Source: a virus (Duplodnaviria > Heunggongvirae > Uroviricota > Caudoviricetes). Taken from it: a stretch of 64,000 bases of DNA. Numbering within the stretch: position 1 is the stretch's first letter; each line of letters opens with the position of its first letter. Position numbers and translations under genes: made by a program. Shown here in pieces: positions 25,830 through 35,533 of the stretch. The DNA lies in the IMG/VR virus record IMGVR_UViG_3300037067_008064, positions 1 through 64,000 of that record. One strand, 5' to 3'. The notes under the pieces are model-generated. The model had not been told where the DNA came from and ran no database searches. It saw only the letters and a list, made by a program, of their open reading frames with translations.

Positions 25830-26484
25830 TTATTTTATTTAAAATTTCTTTTTCATTATTAATCATTTTTGAATTAATAATTACTAAATTAATTTTGTTA
25901 TTTTTTATTACTTTGTTCATTTTGTCTTTATCTTTAATACTAAAATATCCTTTAACTTCTAAATAAAGATTATATTTTGGTAAATAAAAATCAGGACAAT
26001 ATGTTCTCTTTATTTTATTATCAATATAATTTAAGTAAATTTTTCTAATCCATAAGATATTATTATCATTTAATAAATTAGCTATTTTAAGTTCCCAAGT
26101 TCCTCTAAGAATAAATTCCTCCTTTTCAATATTAAAAATTTTATACCATTTAATATTTTTAAATCCTCCTTTACCTTGTTCTTCAATAATTTTTGACCTA
26201 ATTAAAGAAAGTTTTTCTTTAACTTCATTACTTAATTTTCTTCCTTTACTAGCATTACTTAATTTTAATCTTCCTTCTTTTGATAAAGACCAACATTCTC
26301 CCTTTTCTTTGGCTAATTGATATTGATTTTTATTTTTAGGTTTTAACCCGTTTCTTACTTCATCATTATATTCAGTAAAATGAGATTTATAAATAATTCT
26401 ATTTGGATTATATTTACAACCATTTTGGTGTTTTATTAATCCGCCTTTATTATTAATTTCTTTATTACAAAATATACATTTCAT
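25804..26484 (-). CDS. putative homing nuclease (zinc-finger N-terminus + PD-(D/E)xK-like core)
   Basis: MKCIFCNKE...HQNGC, then GTWELKIANLL, YCPDFY and EVKGYF; paralog of 4751-5428. The 3' end overlaps a tRNA-like gene. GAATATATAA cassette upstream. Confidence 0.4.
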   Translation of the reverse strand: MKCIFCNKEINNKGGLIKHQNGCKYNPNRIIYKSHFTEYNDEVRNGLKPKNKNQYQLAKEKGECWSLSKEGRLKLSNASKGRKLSNEVKEKLSLIRSKIIEEQGKGGFKNIKWYKIFNIEKEEFILRGTWELKIANLLNDNNILWIRKIYLNYIDNKIKRTYCPDFYLPKYNLYLEVKGYFSIKDKDKMNKVIKNNKINLVIINSKMINNEKEILNKITGSNAHVL

Positions 26485-26531
26485 AAATTATATATTCACA
26501 AATTTTTCAAAGAACTGTGCGCTAACCGCAG

Positions 26532-26603
26532 TACTCCAACCCGGATTCGAACCGAGATTCACGGACTGAAAATCCGCTGTCCTAGCCGTTAGACGAAAGG
26601 AGC
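26532..26603 (-). tRNA. tRNA-Glu (anticodon TTC)
   Basis: D-arm GTCT..GGAC; anticodon arm GCGGA-TTTTCAG-TCCGT; T-arm CTCGGTTCGAATCCGGG. Confidence 0.5.
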
Positions 26604-26692
26604 ATTTACCCTCAAGATCTCTTGATATTACTATCATTGTAGGCGTGGATTTGACGCCTCGTTGTTCGGTTTATTAGACCTACACCTTGAGC

Positions 26693-26763
26693 AGGCCGGT
26701 GTGGGATTTTAACCCACGTCTCCAAGATAAAATCTAGGACTCTAAACACTAAGCTAACCGGCC
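26693..26763 (-). tRNA. tRNA-Lys (anticodon TTT), second copy
   Basis: Perfect acceptor GGCCGGT/ACCGGCC; anticodon arm CCTAG-ATTTTAT-CTTGG; T-loop TTAAAAT. Confidence 0.45.
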
Positions 26764-26866
26764 ATATATTTTTCAACTTTTTAAAGAACTTATTTAATTT
26801 TTGAGAGTACTAATATATAACTTTTTCTTGAAACTAAAAAACTTTAAATGTTAAAGAATGTTAAAA

Positions 26867-27061
26867 TTATTTTACCCATTCCCAATATCCAGCTTCTATT
26901 GCTTCTTCAATTGTTAAACTTGGATCTTCCTTCATTGCTTTTAGTGCCCAATAAACTACTTCTACTTCCAATCCATATTCTCTGGCACCGTTTAAAGCAT
27001 TATTAATAGCATCCATATTATTACTATCCTCATTACCCATGTATTTTGTTTCTTCAGCCAT
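26867..27061 (-). CDS. hypothetical acidic small protein
   Basis: ORF only. Confidence 0.3.
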   Translation of the reverse strand: MAEETKYMGNEDSNNMDAINNALNGAREYGLEVEVVYWALKAMKEDPSLTIEEAIEAGYWEWVK

Positions 27062-27272
27062 TTTTTATAATATTTAAAATTAATTTTGATGGAACTAAAA
27101 TGCTTTTGTTCTGAATTTCAGAGATGCGTTTCTTGGGTATATCATAATGATTCTTATGGAACCAACATCTTTTAATATTCAATTCATCTGCCATTTTATG
27201 TAAATTTTCTATTGAATATGGCATACATACTAAATGTCTATAAGCATCACAATAAAAAATTAAATTTTCCAT
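27054..27272 (-). CDS. hypothetical protein
   Basis: ORF only. Confidence 0.3.
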   Translation of the reverse strand: MENLIFYCDAYRHLVCMPYSIENLHKMADELNIKRCWFHKNHYDIPKKRISEIQNKSILVPSKLILNIIKNG

Positions 27273-27334
27273 GTTACAATATTAATCAAAATTTCTTAAT
27301 TTTTTCTTTGTTTTTTGTTAAAAAATGTTAAAAT

Positions 27335-27365
27335 AAAAAAACCTCCTAAACTTAGGAGGTTGAAA
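27335..27365. terminator. bidirectional intrinsic terminator
   Basis: AAAAAAACCTCCTAAACTTAGGAGGTT. Confidence 0.55.
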
Positions 27366-27583
27366 TTATTTTGAATGATAACATTATTTGGTTATTTTCA
27401 TCTCCGTCTTTAGTCTAAACATAATATTTGTTGTTCACCAACTAGTGGTAACTCATCGCAAAGATAGGGGCAATATATTAAACCTGTTATCATCATTTTT
27501 ATAAATGTATATACTATATATTAGCGATGTTTTAAAAAGTTTTAATTGTTGTCGTAAAATTTGAATAAATAAATAAAACATTT

Positions 27584-28642
27584 ATGTCTTTTATTAATTA
27601 CAATAACTACCTACTTGAAAAAGAAAATGAAAATAAATCATATTTACAATATATTTATAATCTGCCTTTAGAAAAAAGACAAGAACTTCTTTTATTTTTA
27701 GATAATAAAGATGTAAATGAATCTTTTATAGGGAATATAACTGATAAAGTTAAATATTGGATAAATAAAAAAGTCTTTGATTGGTTAATAAATCAAACTG
27801 AACGCGAAATATTATCAAGAATTAAAGAACTAAAAGCATTAGACCCTACAACTATTGATGATTTACAACGCATCCCGAAAATTATTTATTTAGGTGGAGG
27901 AATAGATAAAACCCCAGATATTTATCAAGTAATAGACCCAACTAAATATAATAAGATAATAAGTTTAATGACTAATTTTTTTAAAGAGGTTAGTGAAGAA
28001 ACAAATATTCCTTCTTTGTTATTAAAAGTAGATAAAGAAAACAATACTTTTGAAGTAAAACGTAGAACGGATTTATCATTTTTAGAAGCTGATGGTTTAT
28101 TAAATTATATTAAACAAGTTATAGGGGGTAGTAATTGGAGAATTGATATTGAAAAATATATTGGTTTAAAACACGTTTTAAGAGGTGAAGCAGTTACTAT
28201 ATTAACTAATGATGGAAAATTAATTACACCAAATAATAAATTTCCTATCTTAATTAATCCTTTAAGAAGTGAAGGCAATAAAAGAAAAGATACAAAATGG
28301 ATTGATTTATATAGAAAATGGAAAAGTAATGAAATCTTATCAAAAGAAGATCACATTACTTTTCAAAAAAAGATTCAAAAAAATATTGTTACACCAGATT
28401 TAAGAATGTTAAATGTTTGTGATACTAATCTTGTACGATTAGATGGGTCTGAAGGAGCTGGTACTCAACAGGAATTAGGAATGTCAACCTTTAGATGGAT
28501 GAATATTTTTATTTGGTTAGAAAATGGGTATGGATTTGCAGATATTAGTCCCTGGTTATTTCCTTCTGTGTCAAAACTTTTAAGATCAAAAGAAGAAGTA
28601 TACACCTTATTAAATACAATTAAAAAAGAATATAATTATTAA
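27584..28642 (+). CDS. hypothetical protein
   Basis: 352-aa ORF on the plus strand; no recognisable motif. Confidence 0.45.
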   Translation: MSFINYNNYLLEKENENKSYLQYIYNLPLEKRQELLLFLDNKDVNESFIGNITDKVKYWINKKVFDWLINQTEREILSRIKELKALDPTTIDDLQRIPKIIYLGGGIDKTPDIYQVIDPTKYNKIISLMTNFFKEVSEETNIPSLLLKVDKENNTFEVKRRTDLSFLEADGLLNYIKQVIGGSNWRIDIEKYIGLKHVLRGEAVTILTNDGKLITPNNKFPILINPLRSEGNKRKDTKWIDLYRKWKSNEILSKEDHITFQKKIQKNIVTPDLRMLNVCDTNLVRLDGSEGAGTQQELGMSTFRWMNIFIWLENGYGFADISPWLFPSVSKLLRSKEEVYTLLNTIKKEYNY

Positions 28643-28992
28643 AATACTTTTTTATAAATAATTGCATTTTCAGGTTTACCCCAATATCTAACTGTTTCTT
28701 CGGTGGATTCAAATCCTTGTTCTTTTAAATATTTTGTTAAAATTGGATTAGTTAAAACCAAATAAACAACATTGCCTGGTTTCATTCTTGAAAGAAAATC
28801 TTCAAATATACATTTAAAGACTCCAGAACTTCTATATTCTTTATCAACATAACCACCTATATCAACAATAATACCATCTGCATATTCTCTATATTTAAGA
28901 TGGCCATGACACATAGGGTCAGTAATAGTTACATCAATATATTTAATTTGTTCTTTTTCAAAGAGATAAGCATTAATACTTTTAAATCCCAT
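28639..28992 (-). CDS. hypothetical protein
   Basis: 117-aa ORF. Confidence 0.35.
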   Translation of the reverse strand: MGFKSINAYLFEKEQIKYIDVTITDPMCHGHLKYREYADGIIVDIGGYVDKEYRSSGVFKCIFEDFLSRMKPGNVVYLVLTNPILTKYLKEQGFESTEETVRYWGKPENAIIYKKVF

Positions 28993-29004
28993 AAGTATTT
29001 TTTA

Positions 29005-29415
29005 TTATATATTTACATTTTCTTCAATATCATAAATATAAGGAATAGATATTTCTCCCATTCCTTTACAAACAGGGCAATCAATTTTTTCATTTTCTTT
29101 TACTTCATCAATATGCCTACATTTCCTTCTAAAGGTATATCCAGCACAATTACAAGTATAACTGCCATAAGATGTTAATCTTACGGTATATGTTTCTTTA
29201 CCATTAGAACTTAATACAGGCCAAGTTTTTTCTTGTACAATAGGTTGATTTTCAATTTGTTCATGAACCCATCCACCACCAATAAGATTGTTTTTTAAAT
29301 CTGTTAAAAACTTTTCATATTGTTTTTTAGTAATTGGGCTCCAACCATTTGAATCTATTAACCAATACCTATTATTAATAAATAGTGCAGTATCTCGCCA
29401 CATCCTCATAACCAA
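29005..29415 (-). CDS. SWIM-type zinc-finger protein
   Basis: CNCAGYTFRRKCRHI fits the CxCxnCxH SWIM signature; an additional CPVCKG pair follows. Confidence 0.4.
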   Translation of the reverse strand: MVMRMWRDTALFINNRYWLIDSNGWSPITKKQYEKFLTDLKNNLIGGGWVHEQIENQPIVQEKTWPVLSSNGKETYTVRLTSYGSYTCNCAGYTFRRKCRHIDEVKENEKIDCPVCKGMGEISIPYIYDIEENVNI

Positions 29416-29492
29416 AAATTTATAAACAAATATAACAATAATAATGATACTACTAAGATTTTTTTTTGTTAAAAAATGTTAAAATTATTTAA

Positions 29493-30086
29493 TTACTTGA
29501 TTGTTAAACATTTAGTAACCAAATCCCAATTATTGAATTGTAGAAAGGTATATCCGGAATATCCCCATTTTGGACCCCATGAATTTCTTAATATAAAAGC
29601 ATCATCAGTCCAACCCACTACGGTCATTGCATGATTACATTGTTTATCTTCATTAGGATATTCTTTAATCCAAAAAGTATAACTATGTTCATTATACATT
29701 GGTAATGAAATATAACAAGGGCCATTATCAAATAATGAATATTTTAATTCATCAATAGAATTAATAAATTGATAAGTATTAAATTTATATTTTGATGCTG
29801 TATCTAAGGTTTCTTGAGTTATTGAATCTTTATTCCAATATTTTTCAGGTAACATTCCTATGGTAGTAGATATATTGATAGCATCATTTAAGTTCATACC
29901 AGAATCATTTTCTTTATTTCGATAATGGTATATAAAATCTGAAGAAAAGTATTCCCAGAACGCACTGTTTTTGTGTTCATAAAACTCTTTAATAGTACAT
30001 AAAACTACTGGTAAACATTGAGCAATTTTTGTTTCCTTTTTAATAGGTAGTAAAAATTGTCTTAAATCAAATGTATTGGGAATCAT
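29493..30086 (-). CDS. papain-like (C1 family) cysteine peptidase-like protein
   Basis: C-terminal HAMTVVGW...NSWGPKWG resembles the His / Asn-Ser-Trp-Gly..Trp-Gly blocks of papain-family enzymes. Confidence 0.4.
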   Translation of the reverse strand: MIPNTFDLRQFLLPIKKETKIAQCLPVVLCTIKEFYEHKNSAFWEYFSSDFIYHYRNKENDSGMNLNDAINISTTIGMLPEKYWNKDSITQETLDTASKYKFNTYQFINSIDELKYSLFDNGPCYISLPMYNEHSYTFWIKEYPNEDKQCNHAMTVVGWTDDAFILRNSWGPKWGYSGYTFLQFNNWDLVTKCLTIK

Positions 30087-30448
30087 TATTTATTTAAATC
30101 TTCATGTCCAGACCAAAAATTAGACCAATAATTTCTTAATTGTGTTTTAGCTGGTTCTTCAATTTCATTATCTAATACTATATTCATTAAACTTTCGAGA
30201 TATTCTGATATTTCAGTTTCATTCATATCACCTGATTCTATTTCATCTTCAGTAAATAAATCATATACTAAATCTTCTAGTTCACCTTCAATTGATGATT
30301 CTTCATAAGCATCAAAATTAATACTATTTGTCTCCGTATCTATAAAACCTTCTAGATAATTTTTTATAATTTCTTTTATTTCTTCTTCCTTTGATTGTAG
30401 TACAAATAATTTATTATTTTCTAATGATTCTCTTACTATTTTATTCAT
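30086..30448 (-). CDS. hypothetical acidic protein
   Basis: Asp/Glu-rich 120 aa; late-promoter-like cassette upstream. Confidence 0.4.
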   Translation of the reverse strand: MNKIVRESLENNKLFVLQSKEEEIKEIIKNYLEGFIDTETNSINFDAYEESSIEGELEDLVYDLFTEDEIESGDMNETEISEYLESLMNIVLDNEIEEPAKTQLRNYWSNFWSGHEDLNK

Positions 30449-30480
30449 ATTATTGGGTTTATTTTATATATTTACACAAA

Positions 30481-30512
30481 AAAAGTTATCACCTCAGCTG
30501 AGGTGATAACTT
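30481..30512 (-). terminator. perfect 13-bp hairpin after the SPFH gene
   Basis: AAGTTATCACCTCAGCTGAGGTGATAACTT, followed on the minus strand by a TATAAAATA cassette and the next gene. Confidence 0.5.
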
Positions 30513-30536
30513 TAATTATCATTTAAATATGTGATA

Positions 30537-32084
30537 CTACTTCTTTTCAGTTGTAGTTTTAGGTTCTTCAGGTTTTGAAGTGGTTGGGTTAACTCCCATA
30601 AAGTTGAACAACTTTGATGGGTCCATACCTGCTCCAGTTAAACCTTCAAATACTTTGGTAAGTATTTCTACTGGAATTGAACCGAATTTACTAACTGAAC
30701 CGGAACCATCCTTTCCACCACCGAAGTCAATAACTTTAACTTCTTTAATGTTAGCCAAATGTTTGGTTGTTTCACCCATAACACCAGCGAATTCTTTAAT
30801 AACATTAGGAGCCAATGTCTGTAATGCATTAAGTATTTCAAGGAATTTACCTGTTTGGTCAAGTTTAGCATAAGCTTCAGCCTTTGCAGCAATGCCTTCA
30901 GCTTCACCAACCAATTTTGCTTTAATAGCTTTACCTTCAGCTTCACCCATTTGGACTATAACTGCGGCATTACCTTCAGCTTCAGCTTTCTTTCTAATAA
31001 CCATTGATTCACCTTCACCATTGGCTTTAATAATCATTGATTGTTTAATACCTTCAGCTTCAACAATGGCTGATTTTTGTGTAGCTTCTGCATTAATAAT
31101 CCTTTGTGCTTTTTCAGCGGTTGCTGGAACAATTAATGTTGCATTTAAAGCAGCTTCTTGTTTCTTTGCTCTCATTTCTTCAACAACAATATTAGCCTTT
31201 TCTTTTGCAGCCGCAGTATTTGCTTCTGCTTCAAGAACTGCTTTCAAAGCATTTGCATTTGATAAAGGACCAGCTTGTGCAACTTCAGCATTCCTTGTAT
31301 CAACCATAGCTTTCATGTTTGCATTCTTAATAGATAATTCCTTATTAGATTCAGCAATTAACTGGTCATTTAAGTTCTTTTGTGATATACCTTCCTTTTC
31401 AGCATTGGAAGTTTTAATTTTAGAATCTCTTTCTGCTTCTGCTTTACCAATGTCAGCATCCCTTTGAATTTCTGCAACTCTCTTCTTACCTAAGTTTTCA
31501 ATATATTTGAATTGATCAGTAATATTTTGGATATTAAGTGATGTAATATCAACACCAATCTTCTTAAAGTCTTCAATTGCATCTTCCAAAACAGCTTTAT
31601 TCAATTTTTGTTTGTCACCAATCAATGCTTCAATTGTCATCTTACCAACCACAGAACGTAAGTGACCTTCCAAGTTCTGATAAATAATGGTATCAATTTC
31701 TTCCTGTGTTTTACCTAATAAACTTTCAACCGCGTTTTCCAAAAGTTCTGGTTTACTTGATATTTTACAGTTAGCCACACCTTGTACTGTGACCATAACA
31801 CCATCAACGTTAGGTGCATTTTTAACATCAATATTAATAACGTGTGTAGATAAATCCAAAGATTTAAAGGTTTCAAAAAATGGAATCCTGAATGAACCAC
31901 CACCGGTGATTAAACGATAATCTTTTTTGGCTTGACCATCTGCTGATTTACTTTTTCTACCAAAGAATACACCTGCTTGATTAGGCGGGATTTTAATGTA
32001 ATTACGGACTATGAATGCCCATAGGGAGATTAGCAGTACAACAACTCCTACTGCAATGGAGCTTACTAAAATAACAGTGTTTCC
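30537..32084 (-). CDS. SPFH/band-7 (flotillin/YqiK-like) membrane protein
   Basis: N-terminal TM helix, then a conserved PNQAGVFFGR...ITGGGSF band-7 block and an Ala/Glu/Lys-rich coiled coil. The reading frame is open from 32084, but there is no ATG/GTG/TTG before the TTG at 31859. Confidence 0.55.
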   Translation of the reverse strand, partial: GNTVILVSSIAVGVVVLLISLWAFIVRNYIKIPPNQAGVFFGRKSKSADGQAKKDYRLITGGGSFRIPFFETFKSLDLSTHVINIDVKNAPNVDGVMVTVQGVANCKISSKPELLENAVESLLGKTQEEIDTIIYQNLEGHLRSVVGKMTIEALIGDKQKLNKAVLEDAIEDFKKIGVDITSLNIQNITDQFKYIENLGKKRVAEIQRDADIGKAEAERDSKIKTSNAEKEGISQKNLNDQLIAESNKELSIKNANMKAMVDTRNAEVAQAGPLSNANALKAVLEAEANTAAAKEKANIVVEEMRAKKQEAALNATLIVPATAEKAQRIINAEATQKSAIVEAEGIKQSMIIKANGEGESMVIRKKAEAEGNAAVIVQMGEAEGKAIKAKLVGEAEGIAAKAEAYAKLDQTGKFLEILNALQTLAPNVIKEFAGVMGETTKHLANIKEVKVIDFGGGKDGSGSVSKFGSIPVEILTKVFEGLTGAGMDPSKLFNFMGVNPTTSKPEEPKTTTEKK

Positions 32085-32132
32085 GAAGATGTTTTAAAAT
32101 TTAATTGTTTGTTAATAAATATTTGTTTGTTA

Positions 32133-32663
32133 TTAGTTTTGTTTTTCAACAATAAGAGTATCACCCACTGAATCCACAACCATAACCGTGTCATTGGGTT
32201 CAAGTTCTTTTTGATTTTTTTCTTTACATAAATAATCTTTAGAACCATTAGGTGTATTTAATTCAATTTGTGCAACTCCTTGACGAGTGGTACCTATTAT
32301 AACTCTTCCTGATGTACCATGTAATGTTGAGGTTATTATCATTGAAGAACCTTGTTGATTCCACATTGCCCTCATTAAAAGAACCGCAACTAATCCACAA
32401 GAAAGTCCGGCTAAAAACCCGAATATTATTTGTGTTGAAATTGGTTTTTGTGTATAATAAGATGCATAAGCTGCTATAGAAAATGCAAGTAAAAATACAC
32501 AAATGCTACGGATAGAGAAAATACTGGGATGATCACCATCACCAGCGTGGTCAAAATGCATGTCGTGACCGAAATCATGATCATGGCCAAGTATTAAAGG
32601 AAGTAAAAGTCCTATTAAACTAATGACTCCTAATACGATGTAAACAATTCCTGCCGTTTCCAT
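32133..32663 (-). CDS. NfeD-like membrane protein (SPFH partner)
   Basis: Two TM helices, a His/Asp-rich HDHDFGHDMHFDHAGDGDH segment and a C-terminal short beta-domain (VDSVGDTLIVE). Sits directly upstream of the SPFH gene, as in yqiJK-type operons. Confidence 0.5.
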   Translation of the reverse strand: METAGIVYIVLGVISLIGLLLPLILGHDHDFGHDMHFDHAGDGDHPSIFSIRSICVFLLAFSIAAYASYYTQKPISTQIIFGFLAGLSCGLVAVLLMRAMWNQQGSSMIITSTLHGTSGRVIIGTTRQGVAQIELNTPNGSKDYLCKEKNQKELEPNDTVMVVDSVGDTLIVEKQN

Positions 32664-32706
32664 TTGTTTTTGGTTTTAATTTAATTTAAAAATAATTTAT
32701 TTTATT

Positions 32707-34236
32707 TTACGGATCAATTATTGTAAAGATAAGTTGATATAATAATGGATTATTATTAACCATCATTAAAACAGCTGCCCATCCACCTGGGAAAGGAACA
32801 AAATTTCCATGAGATATAGCATCAGTAGCCATATGTATTGATTTAGCTTCATCCCCGCCAACTAAAACATTATAACCATTGTTTCCAAGAATTTGCCACA
32901 AAGCCATTTGAATAGTCCTACCATCATTTTGGGAGATATTATTAATATCTATTCCATATTCAGATAAGTTATTAAATAACCAATTTGCTTTTGCAAATGC
33001 CTGAAGTGTTAGGTGTGCTGGCATCGTTGGCCAGCCTACATTAGTTAATGAACTATAAATATTAACTGTATATGTATTAGGTGTCAAATATACATCTTTA
33101 TCACCGCAGAATCCACTCATTTGACCTGTAGATATATCATAACCTGTACTTGATGCTGATGGATAAAAATTCGAAGTGTTTAATTTCCAATATCCAGAAC
33201 AAGTGAAAAAGTTATCGAATATGAAATTTACAGTTGCGGTTTCAGGTAAATTCATATATGGTGCTAATTGAACATCGGGTTCATCCATATTACCATTACC
33301 TATAACGAAGTCAACTATACCATCAGGTCCAGTAACGAATTGTTCATTGTCAGTAATTGCCCAAGAATAAAATTCTTTGAAACAAAAATTATCACCAATT
33401 TTTACTAAAACATATAGACGAAATGTAAAAACTTCACCATTTCCTGTAATTGAAATATTATCTGGATAAGTTACACATACAGGCGAACCAACGCCATAAT
33501 TGGGTGTAATATCGTTAGTGAATGAGAAATAAGGTGATTGTAAGGCTTGGCCATTTTTAAAAACATCTATTCTAAAAATTGCTGGCATATCCATTTTTAA
33601 TCCATCTGGTTGTAATGCATAATGTGAACTTGCATAATCATTATAATTTTTAAAGAAAATATCACCAAAAAAACATTGTTCTCTTACAACAATTTCTGTA
33701 ATTGAGAACCAATCAAAACCAAATGCTTGATATGCTTTATCTTCAAAACATAAAACCTCTAATTTAAGGTCAACTTTTGTAAAGCCAGTTACATGAAATG
33801 TTTTAGGTAATCTTGATGTAGATGAAATATATCCTTCATATTCTGCACCCGCTGTTGGAGTTCCAAATACAATTATATCAACATCAGTATTCAAACCATC
33901 AATTCCATCAATATCATCATATAAAACAAATTCTGATATTGTGTAGTCTCCTACAGGAAATTTAATAGATTCTGTGTATAATACACCATTATTAGTAAAT
34001 AATTTTGGGTAATAAGTAATGCCACCAATAGTGACTTTTGCATGGTCTGGTATATTTGATTTACATGGAAATGTAGATTTTAAACCACCTAAATCTGGTT
34101 CAATTTGTGTGTAACCTATTGAGACCGGTTGATCTTTAGGTAAAGGGTCAAATACATCTTTTTTACAACCATTAAAGGTCATAAAAGTTAATAACATTAT
34201 TACTGTTGTTAATAATGTTAACATTGTTTTTTTCAT
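32707..34236 (-). CDS. large putative lipoprotein / secreted protein
   Basis: Signal peptide ending in a TFNGC lipobox-like site; 509 aa. Confidence 0.45.
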   Translation of the reverse strand: MKKTMLTLLTTVIMLLTFMTFNGCKKDVFDPLPKDQPVSIGYTQIEPDLGGLKSTFPCKSNIPDHAKVTIGGITYYPKLFTNNGVLYTESIKFPVGDYTISEFVLYDDIDGIDGLNTDVDIIVFGTPTAGAEYEGYISSTSRLPKTFHVTGFTKVDLKLEVLCFEDKAYQAFGFDWFSITEIVVREQCFFGDIFFKNYNDYASSHYALQPDGLKMDMPAIFRIDVFKNGQALQSPYFSFTNDITPNYGVGSPVCVTYPDNISITGNGEVFTFRLYVLVKIGDNFCFKEFYSWAITDNEQFVTGPDGIVDFVIGNGNMDEPDVQLAPYMNLPETATVNFIFDNFFTCSGYWKLNTSNFYPSASSTGYDISTGQMSGFCGDKDVYLTPNTYTVNIYSSLTNVGWPTMPAHLTLQAFAKANWLFNNLSEYGIDINNISQNDGRTIQMALWQILGNNGYNVLVGGDEAKSIHMATDAISHGNFVPFPGGWAAVLMMVNNNPLLYQLIFTIIDP

Positions 34237-34260
34237 TTTTGTTTTTGTTTTAATTTATAA

Positions 34261-34872
34261 TTATTGTATTGCTTGTGATTTATAATCTATAGTTTCTTCT
34301 ATTGTGCCTGCCATCACATCAGCGGCATGTATTAATTTAACAAGTGGATGTTCATATGCTTGTCCATAAGAATATTTAAGTAACCCTGGAATTGTTGTTC
34401 CAACTTCAAAACTACCCATATGAAATCTAATTGCTAAAGCTTCAGGTTGTGTAAGCTTTATATGTTGATTAATCAAATAAAGACTTTTTTCACCATGACC
34501 TAAGGGGAATGTGTCCTCAACATCATAACCTTTATATGTTTTCCATTGATTATGTTGGTCTTTAATATACTTCTCATTTGATTTAAATTGATTTGTTTTA
34601 CATACATCATGAAATAATGCACATATAATTATAGATTCTTTTAAATATTCTAAATCTGGTTTTCTATTTATAATAAAAGCAAAATTATGTAAAGCAACTT
34701 CCAACACGTTTATTGAATGTTCAATTAACCCGCCTGGATAATTGCAATGGAATAATGTGCTTGATGGTGCTGTAAAAAAGTCTGTTTCTTCCTTAAGCCA
34801 CTTATCAAGAGATAAAATTCCAGGTCTTTTAATATAAGAAAGTGCTTTATCGTATTTTTCTTGTGCTGTCAT
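34261..34872 (-). CDS. HD-domain phosphohydrolase
   Basis: LIEHS...ICALFHDVCK gives the H...HD metal-binding signature. Confidence 0.5.
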   Translation of the reverse strand: MTAQEKYDKALSYIKRPGILSLDKWLKEETDFFTAPSSTLFHCNYPGGLIEHSINVLEVALHNFAFIINRKPDLEYLKESIIICALFHDVCKTNQFKSNEKYIKDQHNQWKTYKGYDVEDTFPLGHGEKSLYLINQHIKLTQPEALAIRFHMGSFEVGTTIPGLLKYSYGQAYEHPLVKLIHAADVMAGTIEETIDYKSQAIQ

Positions 34873-34874
34873 TT

Positions 34875-35126
34875 TTATTCAGAATCTTGGGCGTATAACA
34901 TACCTCTATATGACCCTTTAATAAATTCACTACATTTTGTTGTACCTGGTTCAAAGGGATTTTTATCTTCTGGAATCTCAGATTCTGGCCATGAAGATTG
35001 TAGATAAGACCAATATCCTTTTTCAAAGGGTGTTAATCTATTATATTCTTCTAATGTTAAAAGAAATTCCTTTGATGGATTAATAAAGAATTTGTTTATT
35101 TTATTTTGTGTATCTTTCGATATCAT
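34875..35126 (-). CDS. hypothetical protein
   Basis: ORF only. Confidence 0.3.
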   Translation of the reverse strand: MISKDTQNKINKFFINPSKEFLLTLEEYNRLTPFEKGYWSYLQSSWPESEIPEDKNPFEPGTTKCSEFIKGSYRGMLYAQDSE

Positions 35127-35533
35127 TTTTTGTAATTTGTTGTGTTAAATTAATAAATTATATAATGTGTTTTACATTTAATTTGTTAAGGATATGTTAA
35201 ATTTCAGTTTTTGTTTTAAAATTAATGTGAGGATTTTCGTATGTGTCAAACCAAATAGCTGCACATAATATTTTTTTTTCCATTTATGATAGATTTATTT
35301 TTTCTTCCATTTGTGATAGATTTATTTTATCTGACCATGAAATTATTAAGTTTCTAATTTCATCTATTTTATATTGAGCTAAACCATATGTTAATCCTTG
35401 AAATAAAGTTTCACATACATTAATATAAGCTCTAATTTCATAAGATTTTATATCTTGAGATTTTTCAGTAAGAATATCAAAATCATGTCTTAATAAAATC
35501 ATTTGATCATTTAAAAATTTAAAATCTTCCATT

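Noticed and set aside
23940-26770. Possibility that the tRNA cluster marks a prophage integration site or genomic island boundary
   Set aside because: No integrase, recombinase or att-like direct repeats nearby. The flanking genes are phage-like on both sides, and tRNA clusters are intrinsic to T4-type genomes.
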